A stretch of 64,000 nucleotides of DNA, from positions 1 to 64,000 of the forward strand of contig JAQBYT010000013.1 in the NCBI GenBank assembly GCA_027622665.1. The letters are read 5' to 3'. Below are positions 19,197 through 29,400 of this stretch, piece after piece. Under the pieces are notes generated by a model. That model had not been told where the DNA came from and ran no database searches. It saw nothing but the letters and a program-made list of their open reading frames with translations. Both the position numbers and the translations under genes were made by a program. Position 1 is the stretch's first letter, and every line of letters begins with the position of its first letter. Source of the DNA: Verrucomicrobiota bacterium (GTDB lineage Bacteria; Verrucomicrobiota; Verrucomicrobiia; Opitutales; Seribacteraceae).

Positions 19197-21557
19197 TCAG
19201 TTCCTTGTGATGGTTTCGTGAAGGTTGAGAATCGCCCGGGCCACTGAAGTCCATGCAGCTAGTTCAGCCGGGTCGATTGTCTTGTTGTGCGGTTTTTCAC
19301 CCGTATTGATAAGAGCTAGGGCAGCTTTTTTGTTTTCCGAGTAGACGGAGCGTTCTTTTGCTAAAAGCTTTTGCAGGATCAGTCTTTCTTCATTGTTTGG
19401 CGAACGAGCCAAGGCGAATCGGAAGGCAAGCTCGAACCGGGTGAAATCTTGCGTGTGGGAGGCGAGAATGCGTTCGGCGAAGAGGCGGGCGGACTCTACG
19501 TAAGTGGGGTCGTTTAGGAGAACAAGAGCTTGTTGCGGTGTATTCGATATCGGTCGTTCCGCCACGCATTCTTCGCGTGCTGGGGCATCGAAAGCTTGTA
19601 GGCTGGGATGCCAGAAAGATCTGCGCCAAAGAGTATAAATGCCACGGCGGTAGAGTTCCTCGCCCTTGTCCTGAACGTATTTCCCCGAGTTGTAGAGGCG
19701 ATACCAGTAGTTGGAGGGTTGGTAGGGCTTTACGCTGCGACCACCGATCTTCGGAACTAAGAGACCGCTTATGGCGAGAGCGTTGTCTCGGATGAGTTCC
19801 GCCTCCAGACGAAAAGCGCCTTGTCGTGCTAGCAGACGGTTTTCAGGATCAAGTTTTGTGGAGGCGGGATGATTGGATGATCGCCGGTAGGCTTCGCTTG
19901 TAACGATTTGGCGTATGAGTCGCTTTATATCCCAGTCGTTCTCCATGAACTCTACCGCCAACCAATCCAACAGCTTCGGGTGGGTGGGTCTTTCGCCTTG
20001 CGCTCCTAGGTCGTCGAGGTTGCGGGCGAGGCCTTTGCCGAAGAATTGTTTCCATATGCGATTAACGAAGACGCGAGCCGTCAAGGGATTTTCTCGTGAG
20101 ACAATCCAGCGGGCGAGATCGAGACGAGTAGCCCGTCGTTTGCCTATGTCGAGTTTGCCGAGAAAGGTGGGTACGGCGGGAGACATAATAGGACCGGATT
20201 CGTCCAGCCAGTTGCCTCGTGGAAGCATTCGCACCGTTCTCGGTGTCGACCTTAGGGAGACCAATGTTTTTGGCCATTTCTTGGGGTCGGCGACCTTTGC
20301 TATGCGGTCTTTTATGGCGTTGATTTTTTCATCTAGAACTTTTTTCTCGTCTGCGAGGACGATGTCTTTCACTTGGACCTGCAGTGCGGTCATTTGGTTT
20401 TGTAAATCGGCCCACTCGTCAAGGTGCGCATAGGTTGGCATTGCGGTGTGTTCCGGGTAGCCCACTCCCCGCTCCTTGATGTCGGCGAAAAAGGCGGCAA
20501 AGGCATAGAAGTCTTTCGTGGTAAAGGGATCGTATTTGTGATCGTGACATTCGGCGCAACCCATGGTGGAACCGAGGAATATTGCGGCTGTGTTGCGAAC
20601 ACGGTCGGCGGCGTACTTTGCCACGTATTCCTTGGACTGGGCCCCTCCCTCGCTCGTTGTCTGGTTCATCCGATTGAGACCCGATGCAATGAGCCAGCTT
20701 CTTTTCTCAAGAGGGTCGCCCTCGAGCAAGTCGCCCGCCAATTGCTCGATCACGAATTGGTCGTAGGGTTTATTTTCGTTGAAGGCCCGAATGAGGTAAT
20801 CGCGGTAGAGCCAGCAATCTCGAAGCCTGTCCTTTTGGTAACCCACGGAATCGGCATAGCGGGCAAGGTCCAACCAAGGCAGGGCGAGCCTTTCGCCAAA
20901 GTGAGGGGAGCCGAGGAGCTTGTCGACCAACTTGGTGAATGCTTGATGTGAAGGATTGGTCGCAAATGCTTCGACGACTGAAGGAGCAGGTGGGAGACCA
21001 ATAAGGTCGAGATGCAGGCGTCGCACAAGGGTTCTTGAATCGGTTGGTAAAGCAGGCGAAAGTTCGGATTTGTTAAGTCGCTTGAGGATGAAATGATCGA
21101 TGGGAGAAAGATTTTTCTTTTTTTCCGTAAGAGAAGGCATTCTTGGCGGTGTATAAGACCAATGATCTTCCCATGGCGCTCCTTGTTCGATCCATGCCTT
21201 TATCGTGTTTACTTGAGACATCTTCAGCTGTTTTGGGAAATCCTCCGGGGGCATGCGTTCCTCGGGGTCTGAGTGACTGAGTCTAAGAAACAATTCACTC
21301 GCTCCGGGTTTTCCAATTGCAACCAAGACGTTTTTACGTTTCTCGAACAAACTTTCCTTGAGGTCCAACCTTAGCTTAGCTTTGCGTTGCTTTTCGTCGG
21401 GCCCGTGGCAGGCAAAGCAATGGTTGGACAAGATGGGTCGCACGTCCCGGTTGAACTGCACTTGCTTCACTTCGGAAAAACTTTCTTCGACCAAAGCGAA
21501 GGTAAGCACGAACAACCATAGGCGAAGGCAGGTCATGGCGAAACTTAGTTTTCGCAT
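19197..21557 (-). CDS. Planctomycete cytochrome c / DUF1549 (PSD1) / DUF1553 protein
   Basis: VQFNRDVRPILSNHCFACHGPD, WLDLARYADS, CAECHDHKYDP, NPLTARVFVNR, SNTPQQAL; usual partner of DUF1501; start 21557 or 21536. Confidence 0.93.
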   Translation of the reverse strand: MRKLSFAMTCLRLWLFVLTFALVEESFSEVKQVQFNRDVRPILSNHCFACHGPDEKQRKAKLRLDLKESLFEKRKNVLVAIGKPGASELFLRLSHSDPEERMPPEDFPKQLKMSQVNTIKAWIEQGAPWEDHWSYTPPRMPSLTEKKKNLSPIDHFILKRLNKSELSPALPTDSRTLVRRLHLDLIGLPPAPSVVEAFATNPSHQAFTKLVDKLLGSPHFGERLALPWLDLARYADSVGYQKDRLRDCWLYRDYLIRAFNENKPYDQFVIEQLAGDLLEGDPLEKRSWLIASGLNRMNQTTSEGGAQSKEYVAKYAADRVRNTAAIFLGSTMGCAECHDHKYDPFTTKDFYAFAAFFADIKERGVGYPEHTAMPTYAHLDEWADLQNQMTALQVQVKDIVLADEKKVLDEKINAIKDRIAKVADPKKWPKTLVSLRSTPRTVRMLPRGNWLDESGPIMSPAVPTFLGKLDIGKRRATRLDLARWIVSRENPLTARVFVNRIWKQFFGKGLARNLDDLGAQGERPTHPKLLDWLAVEFMENDWDIKRLIRQIVTSEAYRRSSNHPASTKLDPENRLLARQGAFRLEAELIRDNALAISGLLVPKIGGRSVKPYQPSNYWYRLYNSGKYVQDKGEELYRRGIYTLWRRSFWHPSLQAFDAPAREECVAERPISNTPQQALVLLNDPTYVESARLFAERILASHTQDFTRFELAFRFALARSPNNEERLILQKLLAKERSVYSENKKAALALINTGEKPHNKTIDPAELAAWTSVARAILNLHETITRN

Positions 21558-21701
21558 GGTGCGAGTTTGTTGTGCGGGTAAGGTCATACCTTTCCTTGTA
21601 AGCCTTTCTGTTTTCAACATGCGTTCACCCTGTCATTGCCCTACTTCTCCGTAAAGTGCAAATCTGCCTTGTCGGATTCCTTTTTGATGGTGACGACAAC
21701 G

Positions 21702-21737
21702 TTGACAAATTAACTAGCAAAGGCTTTTTCAATGTCT
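21702..21737 (+). promoter_or_regulatory. Putative promoter: consensus -35 TTGACA 30 nt before ATG 21738
   Basis: TTGACA at 21702-21707; no good -10; the same spacing recurs at several other genes. Confidence 0.5.
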
Positions 21738-22769
21738 ATGACCAGCCATCCTTACTTACCTGATCTCAAGCGCTATGACGGACGTATGCCCTATCGTCGG
21801 TGTGGACGATGGGGAATACAACTGCCGGCAATTACCTTGGGTTGTTGGCACAATTTCGGCGGAGACATAGTGACCGAAGAACAACGGGCTATGATTTACA
21901 CTGCTTTTGATGCAGGTGTCACGCACTTTGACTTAGCCAATAACTATGGCCCGCCGTACGGATCGGCCGAGTTGAACGTCGGCAAAATTCTCAAGGATTT
22001 GCCTCGAGACGAAATCCTGATCACAACCAAGGCAGGTTACGACATGTGGCCCGGACCCTATGGCGAATGGGGATCCCGAAAGTATCTTTTGGCGAGCTTG
22101 GATCAATCCCTGAAGCGAATTGGAGTGGATTACGTCGACTTTTTCTATTCCCATCGCTTTGACCCGAATTCACCACTTGAGGAAACCCTCGGAGCTCTTG
22201 ATTCGTCGGTGGCTCAAGGCAAAGCCCTATACGTGGGTATAAGCAGTTACCTTGCCGACCAAACTCGAGAGTCCGTAAAGGTTTGCGGTCAAAACGGTTT
22301 TGCTCCCCTTGCCATCCACCAACCGAACTACTCGATGTTGAATCGTTGGGTTGAAAACGGGTTGATGGATGCCTGTGGCGAAACGGGTCTCGGAATGATC
22401 GCCTTTTGTCCGCTGTTTCAAGGATTGCTGACCGACAAGTATCTAGGCGGCATACCAGATGGGTCCAGGGCATCTCTGGAACATTCTCCCCTGCGTAAGT
22501 CTGAAGTGAATGACCAGAATCTTCGGGTTATTCGTGAACTGAACGACCATGCCAATGCACGGGGGCAAACTCTTGCGCAAATGGCCCTTTCATGGGTACT
22601 TCGGGACGCACGCGTTACTAGTGCTCTGATCGGAGCTAGTCGCCCCGAGCAAATTCTGGAAAACGTGAAAGCGGCCAAGCACACCGATTTCACTGCCGAG
22701 GAACTCGCCAAGCTAGACACTATTTTGGCTAAGGCGAATATGCCAAAATCACTTTGGGCGAAGGAATAA
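21732..22769 (+). CDS. Aldo/keto reductase (YghZ/Gpr L-glyceraldehyde-3-phosphate reductase-like)
   Basis: LGCWHNFG, FDLANNYGPPYGSAE, TKAGYDMWPGPYGEWGSRKYL, YSHRFDP, HQPNYSM; start 21732 or 21738. Confidence 0.92.
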   Translation: MSMTSHPYLPDLKRYDGRMPYRRCGRWGIQLPAITLGCWHNFGGDIVTEEQRAMIYTAFDAGVTHFDLANNYGPPYGSAELNVGKILKDLPRDEILITTKAGYDMWPGPYGEWGSRKYLLASLDQSLKRIGVDYVDFFYSHRFDPNSPLEETLGALDSSVAQGKALYVGISSYLADQTRESVKVCGQNGFAPLAIHQPNYSMLNRWVENGLMDACGETGLGMIAFCPLFQGLLTDKYLGGIPDGSRASLEHSPLRKSEVNDQNLRVIRELNDHANARGQTLAQMALSWVLRDARVTSALIGASRPEQILENVKAAKHTDFTAEELAKLDTILAKANMPKSLWAKE

Positions 22770-22782
22770 CCGAAGGTAGTCG

Positions 22783-23568
22783 TTATCCCCTCGGGTTGAA
22801 ATCCTCTCTTGCGTGCTCAAGTACGGGAAACTTCCGTCGCCATTCCATCACCACGTTCAAATCGATTTCGGCAGATACTATGGTTTCCGCGTCCCCCGCG
22901 TCGGTAAGAATTTTTCCGTGGGGGTCGATGATTACCGTGCGACCGCAGTACTCTAGCTGGGGGTCTTCCCCGGTCCGGTTTACGCCTATCACATAGGCTA
23001 GGTTCTCGATCGCTCGGGCTTGCAACAGAGTGACCCAATGCTCGATGCGAACGGCCGGCCAGTTGGCGATGACCGTGAATAGGTTGGCGCCTCTACTTGT
23101 CCCGATCCGGAAAACCTCGGGAAATCGAAGATCATAGCAAATGAATGGGCAGACCGTGAAGTCACCCAGTGGGAAGGTCACTACCTCGTCCCCCGCTTCA
23201 TAGCTTTCGTGTTCCCCGTAGATGGCGGCAGGATGTGTCTTGGCATAAAAGCCGACTCGCTCTCCCTCGGGTGAAAAGGTGACCGAAACGTTACGACCCT
23301 TGCTGGCGGTGTCCGATGGAATAGTCATTCCGGAAGTTACCCATACTCTGTGTCTGCGGGCTAGTTCGGAGAGGAAATTCTCGGTTTTTTTCGGCTCGTC
23401 CTTCGTGGTGAGCTCAACGTCCATGCTGAAGCAGGTGGGAAAGGTTTCCGGCAGAACAATAAAGTCTCCCGGGTTTACCCCTGCTTGCTTTATTAGTCGA
23501 GTGGCCTTTTCGTAGTTGGCCTCCTTGTCTTCCCAAACTTGATCGAGTTGTACGGCATGAACCTTCAT
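22783..23568 (-). CDS. Carbon-nitrogen hydrolase (omega-amidase YafV/MtnU-like)
   Basis: Glu-Lys-Cys triad motifs LPETF, YAKTH, ICYDLRFPE; ARAIENL. Confidence 0.92.
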   Translation of the reverse strand: MKVHAVQLDQVWEDKEANYEKATRLIKQAGVNPGDFIVLPETFPTCFSMDVELTTKDEPKKTENFLSELARRHRVWVTSGMTIPSDTASKGRNVSVTFSPEGERVGFYAKTHPAAIYGEHESYEAGDEVVTFPLGDFTVCPFICYDLRFPEVFRIGTSRGANLFTVIANWPAVRIEHWVTLLQARAIENLAYVIGVNRTGEDPQLEYCGRTVIIDPHGKILTDAGDAETIVSAEIDLNVVMEWRRKFPVLEHAREDFNPRG

Positions 23569-23613
23569 GGGGGAATGATGTAGATATAATGCGGGGAGAG
23601 GAAAGCAGAAAAA

Positions 23614-24801
23614 CTAACTCGTAATTGCCGCCAGACCTTTTTCCAGTCGGTCCAAGGCTTCTTCACAGGTTGAACGGTCTAGCACACCATAGGCGATGCG
23701 GAGGAAGCAGTTTTTAGTCAAACCGAAGGCGGAACCAGGGATCACAGCTACTTTGTATTCCTCTATGAGGCGTTGCGCAACGGAAAGAGATTTGAGATCC
23801 GTTTTTATCTTGAGGAGAAAGTAAAAGGCTCCTTTTGCAGGCGCGGTCGTCGCGAATTCTTCCCACCCGGCAAGTCTCTCGATGACGAGATTGCGAACAT
23901 TTTGAACTTCTACCAACTTTTCTTCGCAATAGGCTCGACCCGTTCGCATTGCTTCTAAGGCTGCGAATTGAGAAACGACCGGCGGACAGATGAGGTTTGT
24001 GTCTTGTATCTTCTTTACGGCGTCAATGAGTTGGGGAGGGGGCGCCATATAGCCAATCCGCCAACTCGCGAAGCCATAGGCCTTGGATAGCGAGAAAAGC
24101 GAGATTACGTGCTCGTCCGCATCTTTGGCTGAACCAGGAGAGAAGTGACTGGCTCCATCGAAAGTAAAGTACTCGTACGCTTCGTCGCTTATGTGGAACA
24201 GACCGAACTCCCGGCATAGCGCGGTGACGGCTCGCAGGTCTTCCTCCGGATAGACGGCGCCCGAGGGGTTGTTCGGAGATGTCGTGACGATGGCGCGAGT
24301 TCGTTTCGAGATGGCTGAGCGCAGGGCGTCCAAGTCCAGTTGGTGATTGCTGTCGGTAGGAACGACAACCGGATTGCACCCCAACATGGTCACGGCCATT
24401 TCGTGGTTGAAGTAGAATGGTGCCGGCAGGATGATCTCGTCACCTACGTCGGCGATGGCGAGAATGGCGTTGAGGAAGGCCATGTTGGCTCCGGCGGTGA
24501 CGAAGACTCTGTCCTTCGGGTCGAGTTCGATCCCGTTTTCGACTTTCAGCTTTTCTCCAATTAGATCGAGTAGGGGAGGAATGCCTTGGGCGAGCTTGTA
24601 CTTGTGGTTTTCGCCGTCTTCGCGAAATCGATCGATTCCCTCATAGGCGGTTGCCGGTGGTCCCCAACTCACTACGCCTTGACCCAGAGAAATTGTTCCC
24701 GGATTGTCTCGCGTCCATTCGCCTACGATCGGGATGACGGGCGGTTGCACGGTCGCCGCTCGCTTTGCTTCTGAAAACCGAATTTGCCGAAGGTCGTTCA
24801 T
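23614..24801 (-). CDS. PLP-dependent class I/II aminotransferase
   Basis: ISLGQG, TAGANMA, SPNNPSG, SDEAY, SLSKAYGFASWRIGY. Confidence 0.93.
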   Translation of the reverse strand: MNDLRQIRFSEAKRAATVQPPVIPIVGEWTRDNPGTISLGQGVVSWGPPATAYEGIDRFREDGENHKYKLAQGIPPLLDLIGEKLKVENGIELDPKDRVFVTAGANMAFLNAILAIADVGDEIILPAPFYFNHEMAVTMLGCNPVVVPTDSNHQLDLDALRSAISKRTRAIVTTSPNNPSGAVYPEEDLRAVTALCREFGLFHISDEAYEYFTFDGASHFSPGSAKDADEHVISLFSLSKAYGFASWRIGYMAPPPQLIDAVKKIQDTNLICPPVVSQFAALEAMRTGRAYCEEKLVEVQNVRNLVIERLAGWEEFATTAPAKGAFYFLLKIKTDLKSLSVAQRLIEEYKVAVIPGSAFGLTKNCFLRIAYGVLDRSTCEEALDRLEKGLAAITS

Positions 24802-24908
24802 TTCAGGAATCCGCGTTACGATTCGCGTTTATCCGAAGGTCTAAGCTGAAACACTTTTTTCATTAGTATTATATTGTTATTATTTAGCCTTAACTTTTAT
24901 CCACAAAT

Positions 24909-24944
24909 AAAAAAGCGGGACTCTCAAAAAAAGAGTCCCGCTTT
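24909..24944 (-). terminator. Rho-independent terminator
   Basis: 13-bp stem aaagcgggactct / agagtcccgcttt with 7-nt loop; A-run at 24909-24914 gives a U-tract on the minus strand, just downstream of 24972..25262. Confidence 0.85.
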
Positions 24945-24971
24945 AAAATGGAAAAGTATCTGGATCAGAGC

Positions 24972-25262
24972 CTACTTTTCAGCTTCTTCCTTTTTCTTTC
25001 CGCCTTTCTTTTTTCCTCCAAGACCTGCATCTTGCATGCGTTTCTTGTCCTCGTCGGAGATTTTGGCACGTTCTTCCTTGTCTAGCTTCTTGTCTTTGTT
25101 GGCATCGTACTTTTCCTTGATCTCCTTGAGCAAGGTTTTTTGCTCTTCTGTATGGGCGGGACGTTCCTTTTTACCCTTTTCGGTCTTTTCTTTCTTTTCA
25201 GCGGCAAAAGCGGACCCGAGTCCGATGGCGCAAGCGGTAAGCAGTATGATGAGTTTCTTCAT
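24972..25262 (-). CDS. Small secreted Lys/Glu-rich protein with a single EF-hand-like loop
   Basis: Signal peptide ending AFA; DANKDKKLDKEE; own terminator. Confidence 0.85.
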   Translation of the reverse strand: MKKLIILLTACAIGLGSAFAAEKKEKTEKGKKERPAHTEEQKTLLKEIKEKYDANKDKKLDKEERAKISDEDKKRMQDAGLGGKKKGGKKKEEAEK

Positions 25263-25468
25263 TATCTTTATGTATTTTGGTTTGAATGAATGCCCACTTT
25301 ACAACTGGGGCAGGTTTGAGGTGTAACGACGGATATTGTAGAAAAGTTGCGCTATTTGAAATGACTGGTCTTTGTTCGGGTGGTTTTTGACTTCTTGCCA
25401 TTCTGTGTTTTTGAAAAATGAATCTTAACGTCTTGCCAAATATGGCTCGCGGAGCCTTCCTGTAAGGT

Positions 25469-26398
25469 ATGTCTACTTTAGCACGTCGCAAGTTCTTGAG
25501 CTCTGCATGGGCATTGCCCGTTCTGGTTGCCCCTTTAAGCTCGGTCGCCAAGACGGTTTCTGAAGAGTCGGGCCAAGTGAAACTGGGGATTTCCAGCTAT
25601 TCCTACTGGCATTTCAGACCCCCTAAGGTGTCCATCGAGACAGTGATCGACAAGACTGCTCGACTTGGAGTGGAGGGCGTAGACATCCTTCATCGGCAAA
25701 TGGATTCGGAAAAACCCGAATACTTGCAGAAACTGAAACGGCATGCGTTTCTTAACGGGGTCGACATCATAAGCTTATCCATTCACCAAGACTTCGTTTC
25801 CCCCGACTTAGATTCTCGCAAGCAGAATGTCGAGCATACCAAGAAGTGCATCGAGCTCGCTTATCAAATGGGCATTCCATGCATTCGGCTTAACTCTGGG
25901 CGTTGGGGCACAGCTAAAAACTTCGATCACCTCATGGAGTTGCGTGGCAATGAACCCATTCTCAAGGGCTATACCTTGGAAGATGGATTTCGTTGGTGCA
26001 TCGACTGTATCGAGGAATGCTTGCCGAAAGCCGCCGAATGCGGGGTGCATCTCGCCCTCGAGAACCACTGGGGTCTTACCCGTACACCCGAAGGTCTGCT
26101 GCATATTGCCAACGCCATAAAATCTCCTTGGTTGGGTGTGCTTATGGATACCGGAAATTTTTTAGAGAACCCCTACGACAAGCTGGAGCAAATCGCCCCG
26201 AAGACCACCTTCGTGCAGGCCAAGACATATTATGGGGGAGGGGAGTGGTACACTCTCAACCTAGACTATGATCGTATCGCCGCCATACTTCGGAAGGTCG
26301 GTTATAAGGGGTATGTATCGATCGAGTTCGAGGGCAAGGCACCCGCCGACGAGGGAGTCGCCAAGAGCGTAGCCATGCTCCGCAAGGCTTTTGCCTAG
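25469..26398 (+). CDS. Sugar phosphate isomerase/epimerase TIM barrel, Tat-exported
   Basis: RRKFL; metal motifs LENHWG, DTGNF, QAK, SIEFEG. Confidence 0.9.
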   Translation: MSTLARRKFLSSAWALPVLVAPLSSVAKTVSEESGQVKLGISSYSYWHFRPPKVSIETVIDKTARLGVEGVDILHRQMDSEKPEYLQKLKRHAFLNGVDIISLSIHQDFVSPDLDSRKQNVEHTKKCIELAYQMGIPCIRLNSGRWGTAKNFDHLMELRGNEPILKGYTLEDGFRWCIDCIEECLPKAAECGVHLALENHWGLTRTPEGLLHIANAIKSPWLGVLMDTGNFLENPYDKLEQIAPKTTFVQAKTYYGGGEWYTLNLDYDRIAAILRKVGYKGYVSIEFEGKAPADEGVAKSVAMLRKAFA

Positions 26399-26439
26399 AT
26401 TTTTTTCAAGCGTACGTTCCTTGTCCTTCGTTGCTTGAG

Positions 26440-29400
26440 CTAAGGAGTGCGGAGGTAGGCTAGCAGGTCGGCCACGGCTTCCGGTCTCAAGGCGGTTTCC
26501 AGTCCCTCGGGCATAAGGGATTGGCCAATGGCTTGGACACTCTTGAGGTTCTTTCGGAGAACGGTCATCTCCTGTCCTGATGCGTTGCGAAGGATTAGGG
26601 CTCCGGCAGTTTCCGAGGCAAGAACGCCGGTGATGGCGGAATCGTCTTTGCTTATGACGAGGTAGGTGGTGTACATCGTTTCCACCGCTTGGTTCGGGTC
26701 AAGGATGCCGATTAGCCAGTCGTTGATTGGCTTGACGGAGAAGGTGGCGAGGTCTGGTCCGACTTTGTTGCCTTCGCCCTTGAAGCTATGGCAAACGGAG
26801 CAATTTGTCGTGAAGAGAAGCTTGCCGTTCCTGGAGCTACCCTTCAGGTCGCCTACTCCTGCGTATCGCTGGATGACCTTGGCTCGGTCGGGATTTATTC
26901 CACCGAGAAGTTTCTTGGCTCGGGTACTGATGGGCGGGCGGGGGTATTGAAGGAGTTTTTGCCGGTGGGCGGGGCTGATCTGGACGGCGGATAGCTTGCC
27001 CGTCTCGATGGCGTCAAGCAGAGCGGAGGCTGATTCGTCTCGAGCCAAGAGGTGTTCAGTCACTGCAACGCGGTCGACGGGGGCATAAGAGTTCCAGTGG
27101 GCCAGCAAAACCGAGGCTGTTAAAGGTTGGCGTAGTTTGGGGAGAGTGTCCAAGGCTGCTTTGCGGATGGAAGGCCGGTTGCCCGCCGCAAGAAGATTGC
27201 CCAGCAGGTTGATGTCTTCCCGTTGTTCGGTTGGTCCCCGACCGAGCAGGGCAATGGCGGAAACTCTAGCGCTCTCCTCGGCTTGGTCGTCTCGGGCGGT
27301 TGTCCGGACCTTGGAGAAAACGGTTTCGAGCTTCCCGATGCCTTGCTTGGAAGTCTTGGCTAGCCTTTGGTGAAACTCGTCGAGCGGTTCGTTCCGTTGC
27401 TCGATAGCGTCGACGAAGCCTGCCATGAGGATGAACTGTCGTCGAAGATCCTTTTCGGCAGCAATTTCGTCGAACACTTTGGCAAGGGGGTCCAAGTTGT
27501 CGTCGAGGATGGCGAAGCGTATGAGGTCGGAAAGAAGACCTGCGGGTGCTTTCGTCTTTTCCGAGAAGATATGCTTGAGCATTGCGGCGGCATGGGGCAG
27601 GGCCGAACTCTTGACCGCCAGTTGAACGCGGGGTTCGTTGGCATCGGCAAGTGCGAGCCGAACGAGAGCCTTCCCAGCCTCCGGATTCTTCCATTCACCG
27701 AGGGAGAAAGCGACTTGCCTGCGAACCCGGATTGATTCGTCTTCGATTCGTGAAACGATTAGGTCGGCATGATTCCCCTCGCAGAGGCGAACGGCCTGTT
27801 CGCGTACGCTGAAATGAGGGTCTTCCAAGGCTTGCTTCAGCACCTTGGCATCGAGACTGTCGAGACCTTCCAGAATGCAGAGAGCCTGCAGGCGAACCTT
27901 GGGGTTCTTGCTTGTTTGGGCCAGCTTGCGAAGACCGTCGAATGCATCTTCGTCATCCCGATCCAGGAGCAGACGCTGAATGGTGTCGCGTTGCCAACCG
28001 CTGGGGCTGTCGAGAGCAGCCACAAGTGTCTTCGTTGTCATCCGGTCGAGACGGGGTGTCTTCCGAAGTTTGGATCCTTTGGGGAATACGCGCCAAATAC
28101 GGCCTCTGTTCGATCCTTCGCGCAGGTTAACCCTGCTTTGCATACCCGGGGGAATCCATTTCGGATGTTCGATTACCAGGCGGTACATGTCAGCCACGTA
28201 CAAGGCTCCGTCGGGACCGGTTTTGGTCATAGTGGGTCGAAACCAATTGTCCGAACTGGCGAGGAATTCGCTTTTCTCTTCCCCCTTGGCTCGATGACTA
28301 GTGAAGGTGATGCCGTCAGGTACGAGCATCTCGCGATGGACGAGGTTGTGGACGGGTTCGCTGATGAAGACGCTGTGCTCGAAATCAGGACCAAATAGTC
28401 CACCGCGATAGGGCGAAGGGCTGTTTGCACTCGTGACCATGCCATAGGAATTCGGGGTGTTTGGACGTTCCATTCGTGGACTGATGGGAAAGCAACGACG
28501 GGAGTCGGGGTAGTTGAAAAGCATTTGGCGGGTGTCCTTGACGACCAAGTGCGGGTTGCGTGTAACGTAGTGAAGCGGTAGATGCACGTGCCAAAGCCAA
28601 TTTGGGTTGTTGTTACCGAACCAGTTACCCCAGTCGTCCCGGTGCAGACCGAACTGGGTTTGGTTGGACAGGGTCTGCATTTCGCCCGAGACCTTGAAGC
28701 GAAAGTCGCGGCCATTGATGTTCACGACCTTGCCCGTGGCGGTGCTCTTGATCATTCCTCCACTGTCGCCATTTGCGGCATAAATCCAATTGTCCAAGCC
28801 AAGGACGAAGCCGTTCATGCGATGTTGCTGATTGCCTTCGGGGAAACCTGTGAAGAGGATCTTGCGAAGGTCGGCCTTGCCGTTGCCGTCGGTGTCCTCG
28901 GCGTAGAGGATGTCGGGAGAAGCGCTTACCAGGACGCCTTTTCCCCATGCCATGACGCCGCTTGGGAAGTTGAGTCCGGAAAGGAACACGGTCGAATGGT
29001 CGTATCGTCCATCCTCGTTACGATCCTCGAGAAAGCGGACCACCCCCCCCGGTTTCCCTCTGCCGTTGATACCCAAAGGATAGTCCCCCATCTCGGTCAC
29101 CCAGAGTTTGCCGTCGGCTCCCCAGTCGAAGGCTATCGGATCAAGGACTAGTGGTTCGCTCGCGACCAACTGCACCTCGAAACCGTCGCGAGTCTTGAAG
29201 CATTGTCTGCTTTCCTCAGGCTCCCTAGCTCCGGGTCCGCCGAAATCCAGCAACTGCTTGAACGAGCGGCGATCCACCACGTCGGGGAGATTTGCGGTAT
29301 TCTCGTTCTGCACCCATAGATGTCCACTGTGGAACCACGCCCCATTGTTCGGATTAAAGCCCCCGCGCGAAATCATCGGGATGGCGTTGCTGTCGTTGCG

